Positions 24,429 to 31,304 of a stretch of 32,000 bases of DNA are shown in pieces. Numbering within the stretch: the first letter of the stretch is position 1; the number at the start of each line of letters is the position of its first letter. The translations under genes were made by a program, and so were the position numbers. Origin of the DNA: Microcystis aeruginosa NIES-843 (GTDB lineage: Bacteria > Cyanobacteriota > Cyanobacteriia > Cyanobacteriales > Microcystaceae); NCBI RefSeq assembly GCF_000010625.1, contig NC_010296.1, forward strand, positions 1,800,001 to 1,832,000, written 5' to 3'. The notes beneath the pieces were generated by a model that had not been told where the DNA came from, ran no database searches, and saw only the letters and a program-made list of their open reading frames with translations.

Positions 24429-25652
24429 TCATAGGCTCTTGACTAGATCAACCTGGTTTAACCGGACGATCCCCAACCGATCGCCTCCGCAAGCGTTTTC
24501 TAACACGGTCAGTCCGACCGCATTTTTTCCTCGGTTCTCGATTACCTTTGCTGATGCCGTATCTCTCGGTTCGATGTGACCGCAAGAATCACACCGGTGA
24601 ACTCTTTCCGATAACGACTTTTTGCCGGTGAACACACCACAATTCGGACAATCCTGGGAAGTTCCGTTTTTATCGACTTTAAGATAATATTTCCCCCGTT
24701 TCCAAACAACAAACGGTAGTATCTCATTAATAAAACTACCGATGCCCGAATCTAGAGATTGTTTTCTAACGATCCCTCTAGACCAGGAAACGAAGTTAAT
24801 ATCTTCAACAAAGATATTATCAGCAAAATCGCAAAGGTAATGAGCTAACTTAAAATGCCAATCTCTACGAGTATTAGCCACTTTTTCGTGTAATCTCGCT
24901 ATCTTATCTTGGAGTTTTAACCAATTGTTCGAGCCTTTAGTTTTCCGTTTCAAGCGTCTTTGTAGCAATTTAAGCTTACTCTGTACTTTCAACAAAAATC
25001 GAGGGGCTTTGATTAAATCTCCCCGTGAAGTAGCGACAAAACTCTCAATCCCCGCGTCAATTCCTAAACAGGTCTTCCCTACTGTCATATCGGGAACTAA
25101 TTCCGTAGATTGGAAGGAAACCGAAACGTAAAATCCCGACGCTTTTTGGATAATTCGAGCTTGTTTAGGCTCGAACCCAGACGGGTATTCTCTAGATGGC
25201 CGGATTCTAATTTTTCCTAATTGTGGAAAATTCAAACATCCATCCCCTAGAAAGTTTTTTGACAGCGCAGGAAAAACCAAACTCCGCATCTTTTTCTTGA
25301 ATCTAGGAAAGCCGAAGCCTTTCGATTTTATCTGGTCAAAAGCTTTATCTAAAGTTTTTAAGACTTGCTGTAAGACTTGAGCGTTAACCGTCTTTAATAT
25401 CGGGTAAACTTTGTTAGCTTCCGTTAGATTTTTAGCTTGAACGAAGTAATTTGGATAGGGTTCATCCGCAGGAATTATGTACTCGGAAACTAACGAACAA
25501 CGATCCGCAAGACACTTTCGAGAGTTCAACCAATCTTTCCGTTCTGAAAGAGCGTAATTGTAAACGCTCTTGCCAACATCAAGAATATGTACAATCTCCC
25601 GTTCCTGTTGTCTGTTTACCTTTAGTTTGTACTGGTAGGTAAGCGTTATCAC
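24429..25652 (-). CDS. tnpB: TnpB (IS200/IS605 OrfB) RNA-guided endonuclease family protein
   Basis: 407 aa with RuvC-I CLGIDAGIE, RuvC-II NIFVEDINF, the zinc finger CPNCG...CDSCG and RuvC-III PRDTASAKVI, all intact. Confidence 0.92.
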   Translation of the reverse strand: MITLTYQYKLKVNRQQEREIVHILDVGKSVYNYALSERKDWLNSRKCLADRCSLVSEYIIPADEPYPNYFVQAKNLTEANKVYPILKTVNAQVLQQVLKTLDKAFDQIKSKGFGFPRFKKKMRSLVFPALSKNFLGDGCLNFPQLGKIRIRPSREYPSGFEPKQARIIQKASGFYVSVSFQSTELVPDMTVGKTCLGIDAGIESFVATSRGDLIKAPRFLLKVQSKLKLLQRRLKRKTKGSNNWLKLQDKIARLHEKVANTRRDWHFKLAHYLCDFADNIFVEDINFVSWSRGIVRKQSLDSGIGSFINEILPFVVWKRGKYYLKVDKNGTSQDCPNCGVFTGKKSLSERVHRCDSCGHIEPRDTASAKVIENRGKNAVGLTVLENACGGDRLGIVRLNQVDLVKSL

Positions 25653-25702
25653 TGTCGTTCGTTTCGTGATGTAAAATTAAATTATAACACTTACCGCCTA
25701 AT

Positions 25703-26149
25703 ATGTCAACTGATTACAATTATGGATTTTGCTCTGTTTATAGACTTACCGCTCACGTCGTATTCGTCATCAAATACAGGCCATTGCTATTAACTATGAA
25801 ATCTTAGTCCGACTTCAAGAAATCTTTGTGTCAACGCTCACGAAATGGGACAGCACATTACTTGATTTCAACGGTGAATCGGATTACGTTCACCTGATTA
25901 TTGATGACAAACCTGACATCGCTTTATCCAAACTAATCGCTAACCTTAAAACAGTTAGTAGTCCCATTAATTAGAAAGGAATTTCCGAATTTGGCGGCAA
26001 AGTATTTCGACAATAAACCTTATTTTTGGACGGGAGCTTATTTCGTGGCTAGTTGTGGCGGCGTTACCGTCGAACAACTAAAAAAATACGTCGAGAACCA
26101 AAACTCCCCAAAAGAAGAATGTAAAGATTTATTAAATTGTAGCTTTTGA
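25703..26149 (+). pseudogene. tnpA: IS200/IS605 TnpA (Y1 HUH transposase) with at least two frameshifts
   Basis: Frame a reads MSTDYNYGFCSVYRLTAHVVFVIKYR. Frame b reads AIAINYEILVRLQEIF...ESDYVHLIIDDKPDIALSKLIANLKTVSS. Frame c reads RKEFPNLAAKYFDNKPYFWTGAYFVASCGGVTVEQLKKYVENQ...*. All motifs are present, but in three different frames. Confidence 0.85.
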
Positions 26150-26247
26150 CACAGTTTTTTTTGGGATGTGTATGCTCCTGTTGTCTGCCTTTGACGTTGG
26201 GTGGGGGTGTTGCTTGACCTAGCTGCCAGGTGAGCGATCGCCTGACA
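26111..26247 (+). repeat. Repeat family E copy 1 (begins in the last codons of tnpA)
   Basis: AAGAAGAATGTAAAGATTTATTAAATTGTAGCTTTTGACACAG...TTGACCTAGCTGCCAGGTGAGCGATCGCC. Related copies lie at 27243-27385 and 28203-28278. Confidence 0.8.
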
Positions 26248-26258
26248 TTTTGGGAAAT

Positions 26259-26836
26259 TTACCAAATTCTTTGAACGGGGTAACGGTCAAATATTTCATC
26301 AACGCTCAGAATAGGCATAATTTCGGTTATTGATTGGGATATTAAAAGTCGATCAAAGGGGTCTTTATGATAGTGGATAAGGGTTGCTAGTGTCCAGATA
26401 TGAGCTAGATCAATAGAAAGTATTTCTAGGGAGCATCTCACCTTTGCAATGAGCATAAATACTTAGTGGAAAAATAGGCTTTTCGAGGGTAATTCTTGTT
26501 TTAATTCTCCATGTACGCAGTCTTTAAAAGCCTCTATTTCGTTCCAAGACACGATTAAGAGTGGCTTTTAGGCTAAGTATAATTACTTATCGCGTAAGTG
26601 AGATGCTCCCGTATTTCTAGATTATTAATGGTTATTTGATTTTTAATTAATTCCTGTAAAGATGGGTTAAGTTGTAATTTTCCCAGTTGCAGTTTTATTT
26701 GCATTTCCCAGACACTAGCAACGCTTAAAAACAAGCGATTATTTCGATCAAATAACAAATCCTGCACGGTTAGTGATAGTTTTTCTGAGTTAATTGACCA
26801 CCAAATAAAGCTATGGGTATCTAATAAAAGTTGCAT
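26259..26836 (-). pseudogene. vapC: PIN-domain toxin VapC interrupted by MITE-C
   Basis: The N-terminal part reads MQLLLDTHSFIWW...SVWEMQIK...ITINNLEI. The C-terminal part reads LSIDLAHIWTLATLIHYHKDPFDRLLISQS...VQRIW*. Removing 26429-26610 plus one 9-bp TSD gives an in-frame 128-aa PIN protein with the acidic residues D6, E44 and D(PFDR). Confidence 0.9.
26429..26610. mobile_element. MITE family C copy 2 (182 bp), 9-bp TSD GTATTTCTA
   Basis: The TIRs are GGGAGCATCTCAC and GTGAGATGCTCCC, and the TSD lies at 26420-26428 and 26611-26619. Confidence 0.92.
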
Positions 26837-26839
26837 GGG

Positions 26840-27070
26840 TTAAGTTGGAGGCAAGAGTTGATCGGTTAGGGGTTCGTTAAAGTCATCGCTGATCCAGCCT
26901 TGACCTTGATATAATCCCGCAATTCTACCTGTTGGGGTTATTTGGGTTTGATGGTGTTGATTGACTATAGATTCCAAAAAATCGAGAATTTCTTGTTGTT
27001 GTTGGACAGGTAATGTCTGAAGGGTTTGCAACAAAGGAGAATTGGTATCTAGGCCAGCATTGTTCATCAC
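26840..27070 (-). CDS. DUF2281-type antitoxin (VapB-like partner of the PIN gene)
   Basis: 76 aa. LQTLPVQQQQEILDFLESI...GLYQGQGWISDDFNEPL is typical of this family. The stop lies 3 nt before the vapC start. Confidence 0.75.
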   Translation of the reverse strand: MMNNAGLDTNSPLLQTLQTLPVQQQQEILDFLESIVNQHHQTQITPTGRIAGLYQGQGWISDDFNEPLTDQLLPPT

Positions 27071-27242
27071 GATTTGATTTGAGGATTTTGGGGCAATACC
27101 TCAAGGATAGCATGGGTTTTCAGAGGTGAGGGGACAAGTTACGGATGCTGCGATTGCACTACTGAAGTCGGATCGGGTTTCTCTGTCTCGTCTTCTGGGG
27201 ATTGTTTATTCTGGTTCTGGGTTTTCTTTATAGAGATTGGGA

Positions 27243-27385
27243 GGGAAATGTAAAGATTTGTAAAATATTTATTAAATTGTAGCTTAGAATACAGTTTTTA
27301 GTGCGGTAGTGTGTATTGTTTTGCTGTCCGTTCTTGGCGTTGGGTTGGGCTGTTGTTTGACCTGAGATATGAGATTTGCGATCGC
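27243..27385 (+). repeat. Repeat family E copy 2 (solo)
   Basis: GGGAAATGTAAAGATTTGTAAAATATTTATTAAATTGTAGCTTAGAATACAG...TTGACCTGAGATATGAGATTTGCGATCGC is collinear with copy 1. Confidence 0.75.
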
Positions 27386-27386
27386 A

Positions 27387-27761
27387 CTAGCTGACACGAC
27401 TTATAATAATCTCTTGATCCTCAATCCCATCGGCAGGAATTTCCTGACTGCCAAGTTGTTGAAACTCCCCTAGTAACTGAAAAAAACGCTCAAATCCCTG
27501 CTTTTCATCGGGGCAATAGAGCAGGATAATTTTAGCCCAAGCATTAGATGTATGAAGATTGTATTTGTTTTCAACAAACTGATGAAACTCTTGATAGAAT
27601 CTGATTTCTTCGGCTGTCGGTTCAATTCCTAACTCCCGTCTAGCAGTTTTATAACCCACTAAAAACATAAACAAATCCGACAGGGAAGGACGACCAATAT
27701 ACAGTCCAGGTCTAGCTTTAATCTTAGACAAAATCTCAAATAATCCGCCTTTTACTTCCAT
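27387..27761 (-). CDS. Putative immunity protein to the upstream papain-fold toxin-like protein
   Basis: 124 aa, starting 2 nt after the upstream stop. It contains ILSKIKARPGLYIGRPSLSDLFMFLVGY, a motif reminiscent of the GyrB/ParE N-terminal RKRPGMYIG. The immunity role is inferred from position only. Confidence 0.55.
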   Translation of the reverse strand: MEVKGGLFEILSKIKARPGLYIGRPSLSDLFMFLVGYKTARRELGIEPTAEEIRFYQEFHQFVENKYNLHTSNAWAKIILLYCPDEKQGFERFFQLLGEFQQLGSQEIPADGIEDQEIIISRVS

Positions 27762-27763
27762 CT

Positions 27764-28117
27764 TTACCCTTCTCCTGCTTCAGTAATTATAAACTCTTCA
27801 CTTTGGCAATGAAAATCTTTCAGCCAATCATCTCGTGTCATCCCTTGAGGAGACAGATTATCAAATACTCTTCCCCTTACTTCTACCCCATAATGTTTTC
27901 CATTGATCGTAATTGATTGATCATTCCCTATGCGATCGCTAATGATATAATCTTCGTCATGATAGCGCGTTTTCAGTTCGATCACTTTCCCCTCAATTTC
28001 GTTGTCTGTTAGCCACTGCATTACTGCTCTAGCACATTCATAACATTGATAAAGCTGGAATTGACTGACAATATTGCCAATTTCTTGATCAATTTGGGAA
28101 TCGGTTAACTTAACCAC
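27764..28117 (-). CDS. Papain-fold toxin-like protein (Tox-PL-2-like), stand-alone
   Basis: 117 aa with ordered candidate catalytic residues Cys (FQLYQCYECARAV), His (INGKHYGVEV) and Asp (RVFDNL). The family assignment is from memory. Confidence 0.55.
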   Translation of the reverse strand: MVKLTDSQIDQEIGNIVSQFQLYQCYECARAVMQWLTDNEIEGKVIELKTRYHDEDYIISDRIGNDQSITINGKHYGVEVRGRVFDNLSPQGMTRDDWLKDFHCQSEEFIITEAGEG

Positions 28118-28202
28118 TCTCTCACTCCAAAATGAAAGCTGGTATCCCTAGTCTATCAGCTGGTTAGTGCGAGGGAATCTTCCCCTGTCAATCCCTAAGC
28201 TA

Positions 28203-28278
28203 GGAAGAAGAATATAAAGAATTTATTAAATTGTAGCTTTTGATACAGTTGTGGGGGGGGGGAGTGTGTATTGTTTCG
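28203..28278 (+). repeat. Repeat family E copy 3 (5' part only), directly upstream of the PEP-CTERM gene
   Basis: GAAGAAGAATATAAAGAATTTATTAAATTGTAGCTTTTGATACAGTTGTGGGGGGGGGAGTGTGTATTGTTTCGG. Confidence 0.7.
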
Positions 28279-28313
28279 GTAAGTCCACCTTCTCTGCAAT
28301 CAAAAAAGAGTTT

Positions 28314-29309
28314 ATGAATAGGTTAGGTATAAAAAGTTTTTCAAAAACTGCTGGCATTACAACTGCTGGCATTACATTAGTAGCAGTTTTTACTGGCGGG
28401 CTGATGCCCGATAAAGTAAATGCTCTAGAGGAGACGTTTTTTGGCTTCGTTACGGACGGCAATAATTATACTATCCTCAATGTACCCGAATCATTAGAGA
28501 CAAGTGCTCGTTCAATAGACGGCACTAATATTGTTGGTTGGTATAAGGACAATCAAGGAAATGCACGCGGTTTTTTATACGACGGTGTGACTTGGAATTA
28601 TATCGATGTACCAAACTCAACATTTACACACGCCTATGGTATTGATGGTAATAATATCGTTGGTTGGTATGGAGATACTTCAAATAAAAGACGTGGATAT
28701 CTATATAATGGAGTAACTTGGAACACACTTGATTTTCCTGGAGCAGAAGCAACAGCGGCTTATGGAGTCCAAGGTGGTAATATCGTTGGCGCCTATAGAG
28801 AAGGTGGTACGGATCATGGATATCTATACAATGGAACAACGTGGACTAATCTTGACTTTCCAGGATCAACACTAACATACGCTTTTGGCATTTCTAATAA
28901 CAATATTGTGGGATTATACCTAGATGCTAATGGAGTTGAAAATGGTTTCCTATATGATGGAACGACATGGAATACTCTGAACTTTCCAGGAGCAAAAGGA
29001 ACAGGTGTAGTTGGTATTGATGGGAATAACCTTGTTGGTTACTACCGAAAAAGTCCTAATGGTCTAGCTCATGGTTTTCTATATGATGGGACGACATGGA
29101 AAGCTCTTGATGATGCTCCAGGGGCTACCGATACTGTTCCTACCGATATTAGTGGCAATTATATTGTTGGTTTTGCCAGCGTAAAATCTCCAGAGCCTTC
29201 TTCTCTTTTAAGCCTCCTCGCTCTCGGAACACTCGGTGCAGCCTCAACCTTCAAGCGCAAACTAAAACCCTCTCAATCCACCGAAAAAGAAACCACAAAA
29301 GTAGGCTAA
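28314..29309 (+). CDS. Secreted HAF-like repeat protein with a C-terminal PEP-CTERM sorting signal
   Basis: The signal-peptide-like start MNRLGIKSFSKTAGITTAGITLVAVFTGG is preferred over the track start at 28251. About six repeats of ~45 aa follow (GFLYDGTTWNTLxFPGA...GIDGNNIVGxY). The C-terminus SPEPSSLLSLLALGTLGAASTFKRKLK fits PEP-TM-basic. Confidence 0.85.
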   Translation: MNRLGIKSFSKTAGITTAGITLVAVFTGGLMPDKVNALEETFFGFVTDGNNYTILNVPESLETSARSIDGTNIVGWYKDNQGNARGFLYDGVTWNYIDVPNSTFTHAYGIDGNNIVGWYGDTSNKRRGYLYNGVTWNTLDFPGAEATAAYGVQGGNIVGAYREGGTDHGYLYNGTTWTNLDFPGSTLTYAFGISNNNIVGLYLDANGVENGFLYDGTTWNTLNFPGAKGTGVVGIDGNNLVGYYRKSPNGLAHGFLYDGTTWKALDDAPGATDTVPTDISGNYIVGFASVKSPEPSSLLSLLALGTLGAASTFKRKLKPSQSTEKETTKVG

Positions 29310-29334
29310 GTTGCCTCTAAAAATACCATAAATG

Positions 29335-29368
29335 CCCCTTCATTCATTCAGTTGAGGGGGTGTTTTTT
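29335..29368 (+). terminator. Rho-independent terminator after the PEP-CTERM gene
   Basis: CCCCTT cattcattcagttg AGGGGG followed by TGTTTTTT. Confidence 0.65.
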
Positions 29369-29467
29369 GCATAACTCTCTCAATTCTCATGATTTTAAGG
29401 AGTATGGTTTATCTTGCAAGCCGAGAGCTGCTACAATCTAAGATGACTGGTTATAGATGCTTTCAAG

Positions 29468-29698
29468 ATGACTAAAACAGCAGAAACCCTCAAAATAGAA
29501 CTTGCTCAACTTTCTGTGCAAGATCGCGCTGAACTGGCTTACTTTCTCATCCATTCCTTAGATGAAGGTGTAGATGACAATGTTTTAGAGGCTTGGGATA
29601 GAGAATTAACTCAAAGATTAGCCGAAATTTATGCTAGAACAGCCAAGGGTGAACCATCGGATAAAGTATTATTGGAATTACGAGAGAAATATTCGTGA
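29468..29698 (+). CDS. Addiction-module antitoxin (TIGR02574-like putative addiction module component)
   Basis: 76 aa. LSVQDRAELAYFLIHSLDE...EAWDRELTQRLAEI is typical of this family. It has a 4-bp overlap with the ParE/RelE gene. Confidence 0.75.
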   Translation: MTKTAETLKIELAQLSVQDRAELAYFLIHSLDEGVDDNVLEAWDRELTQRLAEIYARTAKGEPSDKVLLELREKYS

Positions 29699-29830
29699 AA
29701 CCTGTTATTATTCACAGTGAAGCAAGACGAGAACTTGACAATGCTATTCAATATTATGAGAAGCAAAAGATAGGGTTAGGGCTAGATTTACTATCTGAAA
29801 TTGAACAAGCTCTCGAAAAAATTAAAATTA

Positions 29831-30780
29831 TAGTTATTTCAAATAAGAACGAGACACTAGGCGACACAATAAGTACGAATAATTTCATCAAGGGGTGTCC
29901 CCACAGGAGCATACATTCTTGCCCTCTTTAATGCACTAAAATCATGTTCGATATCATTTAAATCAGGAGAGTATTTTGGCAAAAACACGACCTGATGACC
30001 TGCTTCCTCTACCAGTTGTTTAATGACTGTCTTCCGATGAATTGGTGCATTATCCATAATTAATACTGATGTTATGGTTAGAGAGGGCAACAAATATAAA
30101 GATAACCACCCTTCAAAACCTTCGGCATTCAGGCTTCTCGTAAATACCATCGGTGCAATAAAGTCTTTTTTTCCCTTTCTTCTACCAGCGACAAGGTTCT
30201 CTCTTTTTCCTCGTTTTCCTTGTCTATCTCCAAAGACTTTCTTCCCTTTTTTTGACCAAGCATAAAAACAGGCTTGAAATTCTTCAAACCCTGACTCATC
30301 AATAAATACAAGGCTTTCACTTCCATATATTTTAATCAATTCTCTCAGCACTCTGTAGTATTTCATTCTTTCTTCTCGGTTTCTTTCTCTATAACGAAGT
30401 TCCTTCTTTTTTCTGGTAACTTTCATGTTTTTTAAGGCATAGCAAATGGCACTTGGTCTCACTCCAAATTTCTCGGCTCTGTCTCTTAATCTTGCCTCGG
30501 GATTTTCTTGGACATCTTTTGACAGTGCTTTCCAGTCCAGCTTTCTCTGACGGTGTTTTACCTTTGTTGCTTCCAGTTTTTCCCTACCTAGCCATCTATA
30601 TATCGTCGCTCTTCCTATATTAAATAGAGCGGCGGCTTTGGTTATGCTTCCCCCATTCTCTACATAATCGATTACTTTTTTTCTCAAGTCTAGGCTATAA
30701 GACATTTTTCTGTATGGGTTGCTCGTTTCTCTTGATTTTACCTTATTTTTCCCTCGTCTCACACTTATTTGAAATGACTA
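29831..30780 (-). mobile_element. IS630-family insertion sequence #3 (950 bp), TA target duplication
   Basis: The TIRs are TAGTTATTTCAAATAAG and TAGTCATTTCAAATAAG. TA lies at 29829-29830 and 30781-30782. Confidence 0.92.
29857..30762 (-). CDS. IS630-family DDE transposase
   Basis: It has an HTH (IGRATIYRWL) and the DDE motifs FIDESGF, IMDNAPIH and YSPDLNDIEHDF. The likely start is MSYSLDL at 30705. Confidence 0.9.
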   Translation of the reverse strand: MRRGKNKVKSRETSNPYRKMSYSLDLRKKVIDYVENGGSITKAAALFNIGRATIYRWLGREKLEATKVKHRQRKLDWKALSKDVQENPEARLRDRAEKFGVRPSAICYALKNMKVTRKKKELRYRERNREERMKYYRVLRELIKIYGSESLVFIDESGFEEFQACFYAWSKKGKKVFGDRQGKRGKRENLVAGRRKGKKDFIAPMVFTRSLNAEGFEGWLSLYLLPSLTITSVLIMDNAPIHRKTVIKQLVEEAGHQVVFLPKYSPDLNDIEHDFSALKRARMYAPVGTPLDEIIRTYCVA

Positions 30781-30966
30781 TAACCCTAATCTGGGAACAG
30801 CCCATACTATCGAAGGGATGCGCCGTTATCTCATTCGCCGTTTTCCTTACATCATCTTTTATGTAGAATTTGAAGCATCTATTTGGGTAGTTGCGATCGC
30901 ACATGGAAAACGTAAACCTGATTACTGGAAAAAGCGAAATTTAGAATAATCGAGATACTCAAAACT

Positions 30967-31069
30967 AAACTAAAACCATCCCAATCCATCGAAAAAGAAA
31001 CCACAAAAGCCAGCTAAATTGCTTCTAAAATACCATAAATGCCCCCTTCATTCAGTCAGTTGAGGGGGT
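30967..31069 (+). repeat. Duplicate of the last ~50 nt plus terminator of the PEP-CTERM gene (orphan 3' fragment)
   Basis: AAACTAAAACCATCCCAATCCATCGAAAAAGAAACCACAAAAGCCAGCTAAATTGCTTCTAAAATACCATAAATGCCCCCTTCATTCAGTCAGTTGAGGGGG is collinear with 29259-29360, with scattered mismatches. Confidence 0.85.
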
Positions 31070-31304
31070 ATTTATATCGTATTTTTATGTTATCTTGAGG
31101 GGATTTATACCGCTTTGCGGAAGGCAAAAGTCTTATACCATAAGCCTTTCATGTTCCTAATTTTTACAATCCAAATCAATCATTAATGTTACCAGTATAA
31201 AATAAATAAGAGGGGTTATTCATAATGAGTCCACATCCGTATAACTTTGACAACTTTACTCTTCTGGAATAAACTGGTCAACCAAAGGATGCTGACAGAA
31301 CAAA

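Larger units (their letters stand above)
24383..26247 (-). mobile_element. IS200/IS605-family element with divergent tnpB (intact) and tnpA (decayed); the tnpA-side boundary is uncertain
   Basis: The gene content matches the family, and a subterminal hairpin lies at the tnpB-distal end. The left boundary is within a few bp of the kinase stop codon. The right boundary is placed where similarity to the solo copies at 27243-27385 ends. Confidence 0.7.
29695..30949 (+). pseudogene. ParE/RelE-family toxin gene split by IS630 #3
   Basis: The 5' part reads (GTG)MKPVIIHSEARRELDNAIQYYEKQKIGLGLDLLSEIEQALEKIKI. The 3' part (30783-30949) reads NPNLGTAHTIEGMRRYLIRRFPYIIFYVEFEASIWVVAIAHGKRKPDYWKKRNLE*. 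Removing 29831-30780 plus one TA restores the frame (AAA ATT AAC CCT). Confidence 0.88.

Noticed and set aside
22514-25642. Shadow ORFs 22514..22849, 23019..23204, 24542..24727, 24925..25131, 25451..25642
   Set aside because: They are antisense or out of frame within the J-domain, kinase and tnpB genes.
26038-26265. 75-aa minus-strand ORF
   Set aside because: It is antisense to the tnpA 3' segment and repeat E.
26925-27113. 62-aa minus-strand ORF
   Set aside because: It is an alternative frame over the DUF2281-type antitoxin gene.
28226-28839. Minus-strand ORFs 28226..28462 and 28624..28839, and the 28251 start of the PEP-CTERM ORF
   Set aside because: The minus-strand ORFs are antisense to the repeat protein. 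The 28251 start lies in the G-run of repeat E copy 3, and the signal-peptide-like start is at 28314.
29695-29931. 78-aa ORF taken as a complete gene
   Set aside because: It is a chimera: 45 codons of ParE/RelE followed by read-through into the IS630 #3 terminus.
30074-30326. ORFs 30074..30265 (+) and 30129..30326 (-)
   Set aside because: They are a shadow frame and an alternative frame inside the IS630 #3 transposase gene.
31204-31251. 15-codon ORF (MSPHPYNFDNFTLLE) with an AGAGGGG about 10 nt upstream
   Set aside because: It is too short to support without conservation or expression data.
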